This document shows positions 42,001-48,218 of a stretch of DNA of 64,000 nt, in pieces; position 1 is the stretch's first letter; every line of letters begins with the position of its first letter. The translations under genes were made by a program, and so were the position numbers. The DNA comes from an uncultured Candidatus Binatia bacterium (GTDB lineage Bacteria; Desulfobacterota; Binatia; UBA9968; JAJDTQ01). The notes beneath the pieces are model-generated. The model ran no database searches. It was not told where the DNA came from and worked only from the letters and a program-made list of their open reading frames with translations. Location: contig OZ243916.1 of NCBI GenBank assembly GCA_965213675.1, positions 608,001 through 672,000 of the forward strand. The letters are read 5' to 3'.

Positions 42001-45000
42001 GGTGAGGGTAAGCGTGGGCGGGGGGACGGCCACGGAAGCGACGGACTACACGGCGGTAACGGCCTTCACGGTGACCATCGGAGCGGGAGCGGCGAGCGGG
42101 TCGGGGACGTTCACGCTGACACCGGTCAACGACACATTGGACGAGCCGGACGAGACGATACAGGTCACGGGGACATCGGGGTCTCTGACGGTCACAGGCG
42201 ACACAATCACCATCGAGGACAACGACGCGGCGCCGAGTGGCATCACGCTGGTGGCCAGCCCGGACAGTGTAAACGAGGGATCCGGGGCGACGACGGTGAT
42301 GGTAACGGCGTCGGTGAACGGGGCGACACGGCCTGGGAGCGACACGGCGGTGGTGGTGAGCGTGGGCGGCGGGACGGCGACAGCAGGGGAAGACTACGCG
42401 GCGGTATCGGATTTCACGGTGACCATCGGAGCGGGAGCGGCGAGCGGGTCGGGGACGTTCACGCTGACACCGGCCAACGACACATTGGACGAGCCGGATG
42501 AGACGATACAGGTCACGGGGACATCGGGGTCTCTGACGGTCACAGGCGACACAATCACCATCGAGGACAATGACGCGGCGCCGAGTGGCATCACGCTGGT
42601 GGCCAGCCCGGACAGTGTAAACGAGGGATCCGGGGCCACGACGGTGACGGTAACGGCGTCGGTGAACGGGGCGACACGGCCTGGGAGCGACACAGCGGTG
42701 GTGGTGAGCGTAGGCGGTGGGACGGCGACAGTAGGGGAAGACTACGCGACGGTATCGGATTTCACGGTGACCATCGGAGCGGGAGCGGCGAGCGGTTCGG
42801 GGACGTTCACGCTGACGCCGATCAACGACACATTGGACGAGCCGGATGAGACGATACAGGTGACGGGGGCATCGGGGTCTCTGACGGTAACGGGCGATAC
42901 GGTGACCATCGAGGACAACGACGCCACGCCGGGGGGGATCACGCTGGCGGCGAATCCGGACAAGGTAGGAGAAGAGGACGGGGCCACGACGGTGACCGTG
43001 ACGGCGTCGGTGAACGGCGTGACGCGGTATGGGAGCGACACGGCGGTGGTGGTGAGCGTGGGCGGTGGGACGGCCACGGAGGCGACGGATTACGCGACGG
43101 TATCGGACTTTACGGTAACCATTGGAGCGGGAGCGGCGAGCGGCTCGGAGACGTTCACGTTGACGCCGGCCAACGACACGTTGGACGAGCCGGACGAGAC
43201 GATACAGGTGACGGGGACATCGGGGTCTCTGACTGTAACGGGCGACACGGTGACCATCGAGGACAACGACGCGGCGCCGGGGGGGATCACGCTGGCGGCG
43301 AATCCGGACAAGGTGGGGGAAGAGGACGGGGCCACGACAGTGACGGTAACGGCGTCGGTGAACGGGGCGACACGGCCTGGGAGCGACACGGCGGTGGTGG
43401 TGAGCGTAGGCGGTGGGACCGCGACAGCAGGGGAAGACTACGCGACGGTATCGGATTTCACGGTGACCATCGGAGCGGGAGCGGCGAGCGGTTCGGGAAC
43501 GTTCACGCTGACGCCGATCAACGACACGCGGGACGAGCCGAACGAGACCATCCAGGTAACGGGGGCATCGGTATCGCTGGCGGTCACGGGCGACACGATC
43601 ACCCTCGAGGATAACGACGCGGCGCCGACACCGGCGCCGCGACCGGTGCCGACCGGGATTACGCTGGCGGCCAGTCCCGACAAGGTAAATGAGGGATCCG
43701 GGGCGACGACGGTGACGGTAACGGCGTCGGTGGACGGGACGGCGCGGTTTGGGAGCGCCACGGCCGTCCTGGTAAGCGTGGGCGGCGGGACGGCGACAGC
43801 AGGGGAAGACTACGCAACGGTAACGGACTTCACGGTGACCATCGGAGCGGGAGCGGCGAGCGGTTCGGGGACGTTCACGCTGACCCCGACCAACGATGTG
43901 ATGGATGAGCCGGACGAAACCATCCAGGTCACGGGCGCATCGGGATTGGTGACGGTGACGGGCGATACGATCTTCCTGGAAGATAACGACGCGGCGCCGA
44001 GCGGCCTCACGCTGGTGGCGAATCCGGACAGGGTAGGGGAGGACGACGGGGCGACGACGGTCACGGTAACGGCCTGGGTGAACGGCGTGACGCGGTACGT
44101 GGATGCGCAGGCGGTGCGGGTAAGCGTAGGCGGCGGGACGGCGACAGCCGGGACGGACTACGCGACGGTGGGGGATTTCACGGTGACCATCGGAGCGGGA
44201 GCGGCCAGTGGTTCGGGAACGTTCACGCTGACCCCGACCAACGATGTGATGGATGAGCCGGACGAGACCATCCAGGTCACGGGCGCATCGGGATCGCTGG
44301 CAGTGACCGGCGACACCCTAACCCTCGAAGACAACGACGACGCGCCGGCCGTCCAACTGGTGCTTACCCCCGGTACGATCACCGAAGACGGATCCACGAG
44401 CGTAGTGAGCGCCATCATGAACGGGCAATCGTCACAAACCGTGACGTTGGCTGTAGCCGCGGCTCCGGGGGCGGGGACCGCGGCTTCGGACTACACGATG
44501 ACGGGGAGTACGCTGACCATCGCCTCTGGCGCGCAGTCCAGCACTGGACGGGTGGCGATTACGGCGGTGGACAACAACCTCTCCAACCCGAGCCGGTACG
44601 TGATCGTGTCGGCCACGGCATCGGGCACGGTCAAGGGTCCGCAAGACGTGAGCCTCACTATCATCGACGACGAGACGGCGCCCGTGGGAGCGGTTCTGAG
44701 CGCCACTCCCAGTTCCCTCAACGAGGATTCCGGAAAAACGCCGGTTGCGGTCACCGCGACGGTGGACGGCGCGCCGCGATCCGCCGCGACCGTGTTGCAG
44801 GTATCGGTATCCCCGGACACCGCGCAACAGGCGGACTTCGTCCCGGTGCCAGGGTTCTCGCTGACGATCGCGGCAGGAGAAACCCAGGGGACAGCGACGT
44901 TTCATCTGACACCCGTGGATGATCTCATCGACGAAACGCGCGAGACGCTGGAGATTGCCGGAACCACCACCGTCACCGATTACGCCGTGACGCCCGCGGG

Positions 45001-47818
45001 CATGGAAATCTACAATACGGACCCGCCGGCCTCCAATGTGATGCTCTCCGCGTCGCCGGCCAGCATCACCGAGGAGGGCGGGCCCCAAACGATCACGGTA
45101 ACCGCGCGCTTCGGCAAGGGACACCGGGGAACCGACACCGCGGTGACGGTTTCGGTGACGGGCAACACGGCTTCCGCCGCCGACTTCGAGCAGGTGTCCG
45201 ACTTCGTCATCCTGATTCCTTCGGGGACCGCCGACGCGTCGAAGGACTTTGTTCTGACCCCGGTGGATGACGGCGTGCCGGAAGAGACGGAAATCATCAC
45301 CATCTCCGGGACGACGAGTGTCCCGAACTTGACCGTCTTTCCCGGCGCCCTCTTGATTATGGATCAGGATACGGAGCCCACCGCGGTTACGCTCAGCGCG
45401 AGTCCCGACGCCGTGCCCGAGGATGGAGGCCCACGGGTCGTGCAGGTCCGAGCCGCGGTGGATGGCCCCGGTCGTTTCCCGTCGGACCGGATCGTCCGGG
45501 TTTCCGTGGGAGCGAGCGGTGACAGCGCGAGAGCGGGAATCGACTACGCCAATGTCGACACCTTCGACGTGACGATTCCTGCGGCAGCGGCCAGCGGGAC
45601 CGGCACGTTCGTGCTGGCGCCGGCGCCGGACGCGATACACGAACAGGACGAGACGCTGTCGGTCACGGGAACCCTGGCCGGTGTCAGCGTGACCGGGGAC
45701 ACGGTGTCCATTGTGGATGATGAGCCGGTTCCGGGGGTGACGTTGGTGGTGACGCCGGAGCGGATCAGCGAAAACGGCGGCGGGAGCCGGGTCACGGCGC
45801 GGCTGGATCGGAAGTCCGAAGTGGGGTTGGCGGTCGCGGTGGAGGTGGCGGCGCTCGCGGTGGCGCCGGCGAAGGCGGGTGATTTCGAGTTGAGCGCCAA
45901 CCGGACATTGCTCATCGCCGCCGGGGCGACGGAGAGCACCGGAGATGTGACCCTGCGGGCGGTGGACAACGACCTGCACGAAGGGGACAAGACCATCCGG
46001 TTGAGCGGCAGGACCGGCGGCGGGGATGGAGCCACGGCGCCGGCGCCGCGGGACCTGACCATCGTCGATGATGATACGATGCCCGTCCTTTCCATTGCGG
46101 ACGCGCGCGCCCGCGAGGGAGAACCGATGGTCTTTATGGTCACGCGCAGCGGCGCGCCCGGAAATGCGGTGGCCGTGATGTGGCAGACCCTGGATGACGC
46201 CGATGGACCGTTTCCGGCAAGCGCGGCGGATTATGCCGGCGCCAGCACGCCGCAAAAACTCAACTTCGCCAGCGGCGAGATGTACAAGTACATCGAGGTG
46301 CAAACACTGGAGGACCCGTACGTGGAACGCGATGAAACGTTCCGCGCGCGCCTCACGGAAGCGCAAGGCGTGGCCATGATCGACCCGGCTCGCCGCGACG
46401 GCAAGGGGACGATCGAAGACGACGACACGGCCAAGGGCGAGCGCATCACACGGCTGAACGAGGATATTCTGGGACGCGTGGGGTCGGCCTTGGTGCGGAG
46501 CCGGATGGATCAGATCGGCGAGTGCATCGAGCACGGCGCGTCGGGTCAGGGGGACGACGTGGCGCGCACCCTGGCGCATTGGGCCAAGGCCAACGCGGAC
46601 GACGCCAACCGACTGGACCGGCGGGAGGCGCGGTCCACCCGGGACATTCTCAACGGCGCGACACTGAGCGCCGGTTGGCAGTCGCATCAAGAGGTTCCGA
46701 GCGCGGGCGACCTGATGCTCTGTCTGGGCCTGGGGGCGGACGTGCGCAGCCTGTCCAGTGGCGACAGCGATTCCTTTGACTGGGACGGAGAGTTGTGGGA
46801 CGTGCATTTGGGCGGAAACATGCGCCTCGGGAGCCACACGCTGGTGGGCGTGGAGGTGTCCGAGCACAGAGCCAGGATCGACTGGACCCTCAAGGGCGCT
46901 CCCGCCAATGCGGATGGGGACTGGCGTATGAACCTGACCACGGTGCACCCCTATGCGGCGTGGTTCAACCCTGAAGGACAGCGGCTGTGGTTGATCGGCG
47001 GTTTCGGCCTTGGCGACCTGCGAATCATGGAGGACAGCGACTACGACGAGAAATCGGATCTGGGGCTCCGAAGCGTCTATCTCGGCGGGGTGGTGCCGCT
47101 TGATGGAAACTGGGGCGACCTGTCGCTGCGGCTGCGCGGCGACGCGTGGTACGGGACGTTGGAAGCGGACGACAACGGCAAACTCGTCACCGGGGCCAAG
47201 GCCCGCCTCGAGGGGGCACGCGTCTTCCTGGAGGCGCAACGCCGGGTGGCGCTGGGTGACGGCGGTTGGTTGCTGCCCTCGGCCCGGCTGGCGTTGCAGT
47301 ATGACGACAGCGCCGGCGGACTGGGCACGGAAATCGGCGGGACGTTGCCTTGGGAGAGCGCTTCGGGGGTTTGGAGCGGCTCGTTGGCCGGGCGCGTGTT
47401 GCTGGCGCGCGACCAAGGACGCGAGTGGGGCTTCGGCGCCGATGTGCGGATGTCGTCGGCGGGCGGCTTGGGGCCGTTCCTGGAAGTAGCGCCTTCATGG
47501 GGCGTTACCGACGATGGCGCCGCCGCCCTGTGGGACCGGGGATTGGAGCAAACGTCCACCGGCCGGGAAGACGACGAGCCGGGCGCCCTCACCCTGGACA
47601 TCAAGACGGGCTGGGCCATGCGGAGCCGCGAAAACGACGACGTATGGACTCCCTACACCGGCTTCTCATTGCCTGAGAACGACGCGTGGGCCGCGCGCAT
47701 CGGGGTGGAGATGGCCGCGGCAAGCGGATTGAACATGGCAATGGAAGGCGAGCGCCGGCAACCTGACGCCGGCGCCGCCGAGTACGAGGTCTCCCTCAAG
47801 CTGCGGATCCGTTGGTAG
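27083..47818 (+). CDS. Giant 6911-aa surface adhesin: Calx-beta-like/Ig-like repeats plus C-terminal autotransporter-like beta-barrel
   Basis: Uninterrupted ORF; signal peptide ending AEA-Q; repeated GGTAT..DY..TLTP.ND..DEPDET and D..HEGNETF.V.LS...TI.DDD motifs; amphipathic strands ending LKLRIRW. Confidence 0.92.
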   Translation: MCNATSIVAVVTRRASRYRHPAGPTPWALFAFALILCAAPGLLVAIPGAEAQTPPRSTITLTTDTASLNENRVGVPVRVTATLSATSSSDVVVVFDFTGGTAEPGDDDTPLDFVPGGADRMTIPAGQLTATQQISLRTVDDNFWESTETIGIGGATDADFDVTGAVITLLDKDTKPHITLSKPPGTPSIEEGFSATFKLTATLQGDPVQADIPIKLTVTLPTGTNAEQDIQWTPDPTTWSMVIPAEGRSAELKVTQTNPDDDRAERQGQVYYGGTATALGESIPVRRVGHFVNPSDILNYSWGILGDRSIPSGKPAEVKFYVQLYSAAVPEDGVTVTLAPRVSDKELRKAFAPPSQTFTFAATNECSKRINAQKKGLCRKEIVWSVTPPALDSLTEIGFTASIDAPNAEIPPKLNKSPWNVLSLLRSLGPLSVDKELQLNATLTGVGGRQAYKANDKIYFVVVFDRGISPPSDLKLRIHLDSGPRDIPCAAPQGNEHRIECAYTVKAGDYDFDKKIRVDAGALGLGATVTDPNDPGTNWPAPVVPAKRIDITVPLEIYGGQRVLQATATALEGFREGGGKQDVKVLITDITRTPSPRDLVIPVAVSHGTTSAGDWKVTRAGSVTIEAGKHEGTGTIQLEAALDGVKEGQETVLIGGSGVVVRPAKLVLNDAPELLLSASPATLSEGDGQVTLTLRVEVEQGALAFGHDLNVFVFPTGSARVGYGQGAYDVLFPRTGASFKLPAGQLFATKELEVTVVDDRLVEGPEQMRLVGWVPFVSVRSANINVVDNDAAPDVKLVASPNRIQEGGGKQNVQVSAELTGSVLSDDVMVTVDVGGEAKEGTSSVADRDFTASWSPSARKIRIPAGQSNGVSQVTLSVDPLDDALAEGPETIAVEGTAEQQNGAKTKLSVQVADVEMEDNDTPGVEVKPTTMTVEAGLSVTYAVRLLSQPDLATGEKVRVAPRVPGGAYLSAQPAALEFDANNWSTAQSLTVVVRPDAPTGDVTIPHTVRGGDYLTVTADPVTVSVVKAPVLTLSLDNASIGENGGVATVTASLDKASAVPVTVTVGAAAKAPAVARDFVLSVAKTLTIAAASTSSSGTVTITARDNDFYAPEGREVTVSGTVSGHDGVEAPAERTLGITDDDVRPSFSVASVAGPENKNLVFTVTRNGASANPVSVKWATALDTAEDAVAASAGDFTEVSTARALSFAAGVTTKKLTVAVTNDKLDEPARETFVVVLSEPSAIAEIAQDGGRAAGGITDDDDPPVFSITGGSATEGDEVTFAVVRAGAVDNVVTVAVHTAEDGAEDANPAAATDYTAIAPARTLTFGKGVTRQEVKVPTTEDDLYEADDETFLAVLSGPALATGDPGTGVSIAADGGSAEGTLKDDDTQPAFSIANAKAGEGDPVTFTVTRAGAMDNVVSVYWSTKAHSGDGVTPASADDYTGTTTATKLDFAASVATVTFTVATTEDATDEPDETFVAELANPGGGARVAKARAVGTIEDDDDLPTATLKLTPDTIAEAGGATTVTATLSHPSSKALTLAVGAKPVAPATASAYAVSAHKTLTIAAGTTSSTGDVTITANPNNVDASDAQVTVTAAANGGRGVLAPAAVTLAITDDDALPGFAVADAAAAEGDAASFVVTRSGATGNVVSVKWATALVDEAGGASAGDFTQTTNPATLNFAAGVTTKTITVRTTEDVLHEGNETFEVRLSEAAKGPNDPAPATPEITDATGVGTIEDDDAAPTGITLAASRDKVGEQAGATTVTVTASVNGTTRYVDAKEVTVSVGGGTATEVTDYAAVTDFTVTIAAGAASAAGTFTLTPTDDTLDEPDETIQVTGASGPLAITADTVTIEDNDATPSFSVADASVPEGGAAAFVVTRSGATGNAVSVDWETALRSGAGAAGAGDFMQATAATLSFAAGDTTKTVTVQTTEDVLHEGNEAFEVRLSGAAKAADDPGPATPVIADATAVGTIEDDDAAPSGITLAASPDAAGEEAGATTVTVTASVNGTTRYVDAKAVVVSVGGRTATEARDYAAVSDFTVTIAAGAASATGTFTLTPTNDTLDEPDETVQTTGTSGSLAITADTLTIEDDDATPSFSVADATATEGGAAAFVVTRSGATGNAVSVDWKTALSSGAGAASAADFTQATNAATLSFAAGDTAKTVTVQTTEDVLHEGNETFEVRLSGAAKASDDPGPATPEIADGTGVGTIEDDDAAPSGITLAASPDKVGEEDGGTRVTVTASVNGGTRYADAKAVVVSVDGGTATEARDYAAVSDFTVTIGAGAASGSGMFTLTPTNDTLDEPDETLQVTGTSGSLAITADTLTIEDDDATPSFSVANATATEGNAAAFVVTRSGATGNAVSVDWKTALSSGAGAASAADFTQATNAATLSFAAGDTTKTVTVQTTEDVLHEGNETFEVRLSGAAKAADDPGPATPQIADATGVGTIEDDDAAPSGITLAASPDKAGEEDSATTVTVTASVNGVTRYADAKAVVVSVGGGTAVEGTDYADVSDFTVTIAAGATSATGTFTLTPTDDTLDEPNETLQVTGASGSLTVTPDTLTIEDDEVTPSFSVADATATEGGAAAFVVTRSGATGNAVSVDWKTALSSGAGAASATDFTQATNAATLSFAAGDTTKTVTVQTTEDVLHEGNETFEVRLSGAAKASSDPGPATPVIADATGVGTIEDDDAAPSGITLAASPDKVGEEDGATTVTVTASVNGLTRYADAKAVVVSVGGGTATEATDYTAVSDFTVTIAAGAASATGTFTLTPTNDTLDEPDETVQITGTSGSLAITADTLTIEDDDATPSFSVADATATEGNAAAFVVTRSGATGNAVSVDWKTALSSGAGAASAADFTQATNAATLSFAAGDTTKTVTVQTTEDVLHEGNETFEVRLSGAAKASNDPGPATPEIADGTGVGTIEDDDAAPSGITLAASPDKAGEEDGGTTVTVTASVNGATRYADAKAVLVSVGGGTATEATDYTAVSDFTVTIGAGAASGSGTFTLTPVNDTLDEPDETIQVTGTSGSLTVTGDTITIEDNDAAPDGITLAASPDKVGEEDRATRVTVTASVNGQTRYVDAQVVRVSVGGGTAMEGTDYTTVSDFTVTIAAGAASATGTFTLTPTNDTLDEPDETIQVTGASGSLTVAGDTITIEDNDAAPSFSVADATVTEGGAAAFVVTRSGATGNAVSVDWKTALLSGAGAASAGDFTQATNAATLSFAAGDTTKTVKVQTTEDVLDEGNETFEVRLSDAAKASDDPGPATPEVTDGTGVGTIEDDDAAPSGITLVASPDKVGEEDGATRVTVTASVNGTTRYVDEKVVVVDVGGGTAIAGTDYTTVSDFTVTIGAGAASAAGTFRLTPINDVVDEPDETIQVTGTSGSLAVTADTLTIEDNETAPTVTLVLTPVKVVEGDAGKVAGTSAVTATLSGDSSEAVVLTVGTAPGEDTATSDYTVSANKKLTIAAETRSSTGTVTVTPVDNDVDAPDKTVTVTATVTGGNGIAAPGSKTLTLEDDDDRGVTVTESGDGTVVEEDGDTDTYTVELNSEPTDTVRIGVASSHTSLATVDVNTLTFTSQNWDQPQTVTVTGANESFANSDGSRTVTITHTVSASGTDYARETVESVEVTVEDNDDAPEIIEVKDKDIGRPNIPPVDEGAGPTQIELVVAFPGETLFDVDKTVTVEVGTSDDTATEGVDYTTVGTHSLTIEAGERGTTFTFTLTPTDDVLDEPDETLRVKATVDGETISTTTTITIEDNDAAPSGITLAASPDKAGEEDSATTVTVTASVNGTTRYVDAKAVVVSVGGGTAVKGTDYAAVSDFTVTIAAGAASAAGTFTLTPTNDTLDEPDETLQITGTSGSLAITADTLTIEDDDATPSFSVADATATEGNAAAFVVTRSGATGNAVSVDWKTALSSGAGAASAADFTQATNAATLSFAAGDTTKTVTVQTTEDVLHEGNETFEVRLSGAAKASSDPGPATPVIADATAVGIIEDNDAAPSGITLAASPDKVGEEDGGTRVTVTASVNGLTRYADAKAVVVSVGGGTATEATDYAAVSDFTVTIAAGADSGSGTFTLTPTNDTLDEPDETLQVTGTSGSLAITADTLTIEDDDATPSFSVADATATEGNAAAFVVTRSGATGNAVSVDWKTALSSGAGAASAADFTQATNAATLSFAAGDTTKTVTVQTTEDVLHEGNETFEVRLSGAAKAADDPGPATPEIADATGVGTIEDDDAAPSGITLAASPDKVGEEDGATTVTVTASVNGLTRYADAKAVVVSVGGGTATEATDYAAVSDFTVTIGAGAASGSGTFRLTPANDTLDEPDETIQVTGTSGSLAVTGDTVTIEDNDTAPGGVTLAASPDKVGEEDGATRVTVTASVNGLTRYADAKAVVVSVDGGTATEATDYTAVTDFTVTIGAGAASGSGTFTLTPVNDTLDEPDETIQVTGASGSLTVTGDTVTIEDNDAVPGGITLAASPDQVGEEDGATTVTVTASVNGTTRYADAKAVVVSVGGGTATEATDYAAVSDFTVTIGAGAASGSGTFTLTPANDTLDEPDETIQVTGTSGSLAVTGDTVTIEDNDAAPGGITLAASPDQVGEEDGATTVTVTASVNGVTRYGSDTAVVVSVGGGTATEATDYAAVSDFTVTIGAGAASGSGTFTLTPVNDTLDEPDETIQVTGTSGSLAVTGDTVTIEDNDAAPGGITLAASPDQVGEEDGATTVTVTASVNGVTRYGSDTAVVVSVGGGTATEATDYAAVSDFTVTIGAGAASGSGTFTLTPANDTLDEPDETIQVTGTSGSLTVTGDTVTIEDNDAAPGGVTLAASPDKVGEEDGATRVTVTASVNGATRYADAKAVVVSVGGGTATEATDYTAVSDFTVTIGAGAASGSETFTLTPVNDTLDEPDETIQVTGTSGSLAVTGDTVTIEDNDAAPGGVTLAASPDQVGEEDGATRVTVTASVNGLTRYGSDTVVRVSVGGGTATEATDYTAVTAFTVTIGAGAASGSGTFTLTPVNDTLDEPDETIQVTGTSGSLTVTGDTITIEDNDAAPSGITLVASPDSVNEGSGATTVMVTASVNGATRPGSDTAVVVSVGGGTATAGEDYAAVSDFTVTIGAGAASGSGTFTLTPANDTLDEPDETIQVTGTSGSLTVTGDTITIEDNDAAPSGITLVASPDSVNEGSGATTVTVTASVNGATRPGSDTAVVVSVGGGTATVGEDYATVSDFTVTIGAGAASGSGTFTLTPINDTLDEPDETIQVTGASGSLTVTGDTVTIEDNDATPGGITLAANPDKVGEEDGATTVTVTASVNGVTRYGSDTAVVVSVGGGTATEATDYATVSDFTVTIGAGAASGSETFTLTPANDTLDEPDETIQVTGTSGSLTVTGDTVTIEDNDAAPGGITLAANPDKVGEEDGATTVTVTASVNGATRPGSDTAVVVSVGGGTATAGEDYATVSDFTVTIGAGAASGSGTFTLTPINDTRDEPNETIQVTGASVSLAVTGDTITLEDNDAAPTPAPRPVPTGITLAASPDKVNEGSGATTVTVTASVDGTARFGSATAVLVSVGGGTATAGEDYATVTDFTVTIGAGAASGSGTFTLTPTNDVMDEPDETIQVTGASGLVTVTGDTIFLEDNDAAPSGLTLVANPDRVGEDDGATTVTVTAWVNGVTRYVDAQAVRVSVGGGTATAGTDYATVGDFTVTIGAGAASGSGTFTLTPTNDVMDEPDETIQVTGASGSLAVTGDTLTLEDNDDAPAVQLVLTPGTITEDGSTSVVSAIMNGQSSQTVTLAVAAAPGAGTAASDYTMTGSTLTIASGAQSSTGRVAITAVDNNLSNPSRYVIVSATASGTVKGPQDVSLTIIDDETAPVGAVLSATPSSLNEDSGKTPVAVTATVDGAPRSAATVLQVSVSPDTAQQADFVPVPGFSLTIAAGETQGTATFHLTPVDDLIDETRETLEIAGTTTVTDYAVTPAGMEIYNTDPPASNVMLSASPASITEEGGPQTITVTARFGKGHRGTDTAVTVSVTGNTASAADFEQVSDFVILIPSGTADASKDFVLTPVDDGVPEETEIITISGTTSVPNLTVFPGALLIMDQDTEPTAVTLSASPDAVPEDGGPRVVQVRAAVDGPGRFPSDRIVRVSVGASGDSARAGIDYANVDTFDVTIPAAAASGTGTFVLAPAPDAIHEQDETLSVTGTLAGVSVTGDTVSIVDDEPVPGVTLVVTPERISENGGGSRVTARLDRKSEVGLAVAVEVAALAVAPAKAGDFELSANRTLLIAAGATESTGDVTLRAVDNDLHEGDKTIRLSGRTGGGDGATAPAPRDLTIVDDDTMPVLSIADARAREGEPMVFMVTRSGAPGNAVAVMWQTLDDADGPFPASAADYAGASTPQKLNFASGEMYKYIEVQTLEDPYVERDETFRARLTEAQGVAMIDPARRDGKGTIEDDDTAKGERITRLNEDILGRVGSALVRSRMDQIGECIEHGASGQGDDVARTLAHWAKANADDANRLDRREARSTRDILNGATLSAGWQSHQEVPSAGDLMLCLGLGADVRSLSSGDSDSFDWDGELWDVHLGGNMRLGSHTLVGVEVSEHRARIDWTLKGAPANADGDWRMNLTTVHPYAAWFNPEGQRLWLIGGFGLGDLRIMEDSDYDEKSDLGLRSVYLGGVVPLDGNWGDLSLRLRGDAWYGTLEADDNGKLVTGAKARLEGARVFLEAQRRVALGDGGWLLPSARLALQYDDSAGGLGTEIGGTLPWESASGVWSGSLAGRVLLARDQGREWGFGADVRMSSAGGLGPFLEVAPSWGVTDDGAAALWDRGLEQTSTGREDDEPGALTLDIKTGWAMRSRENDDVWTPYTGFSLPENDAWAARIGVEMAAASGLNMAMEGERRQPDAGAAEYEVSLKLRIRW
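31943..39790 (+). repeat. Alternating A/B intragenic repeats, 714-bp period, interrupted at ~37280-38360
   Basis: Near-identical DNA; shadow ORFs recur at 33469/34183/34897 and 38815/39529. Confidence 0.9.
39791..44340 (+). repeat. About 13 tandem A-type repeats, 348-bp period
   Basis: Shadow ORFs recur every 348 bp from 39958 to 43438. Confidence 0.9.
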
Positions 47819-47890
47819 CGCGCTGGCGGGCACGGCGCCGCATCCTCCGGGGCTCCGGGGTTGCAAAACCCTCTACGCGTATGGCATCCA

Positions 47891-48067
47891 CTAGTGTTGC
47901 GTTCGGCACATACGTTGACGAATCTGCGCGGGTATTTCTTGTTGTCGGTCTTGTTGTCCGCAAGGCGCGACGACGAGCAGTGGCGTGTACCACGCGAGGA
48001 AAAGCCACGCAGCCGACGGCAAAAGGACAAGCAGATTCGTCAACGTATTTGCCGAACGCAACACTGG
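47891..48067. mobile_element. MITE-like element with 37-bp terminal inverted repeats (IS630-like ends)
   Basis: ctagtgttgcgttcggcacatacgttgacgaatctgc ... gcagattcgtcaacgtatttgccgaacgcaacactgg (2 mismatches); no transposase. Confidence 0.75.
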
Positions 48068-48068
48068 C

Positions 48069-48131
48069 AGCTTGCGCCGCGGGAATTCGCGAATGCGAAA
48101 CTGGCTATCGTCGTGACGGCGGCGCAACTCC
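48069..48131. repeat. REP-like palindrome family 1 copy
   Basis: agcttgcgccgcgggaattcgc ... gcggcgcaactcc. Confidence 0.65.
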
Positions 48132-48218
48132 GTATGTTCCATACCGCGCCGTCGCCGCAGGCCAGGGCGCGGTATCGACATTTCACGAACGTTCCGACTC
48201 ACGGGGAGGTTATGCGCC

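Noticed and set aside
31943-44340. Possible CRISPR array or DGR template repeats
   Set aside because: Repeats are long, in-frame and coding with no unique spacers; no cas or reverse transcriptase gene; variation is not adenine-specific
28496-47416. Long Arg-rich minus-strand ORFs (1704, 921, 685, 994 aa) and periodic 65-111-aa ORFs
   Set aside because: Shadows of the repetitive adhesin; their periodicity simply mirrors the 714-bp and 348-bp repeats
26479-47900. Integrative island at tRNA-Met containing the adhesin
   Set aside because: The adhesin lies on the 5' side of the tRNA; no integrase and no duplicated tRNA 3' end found
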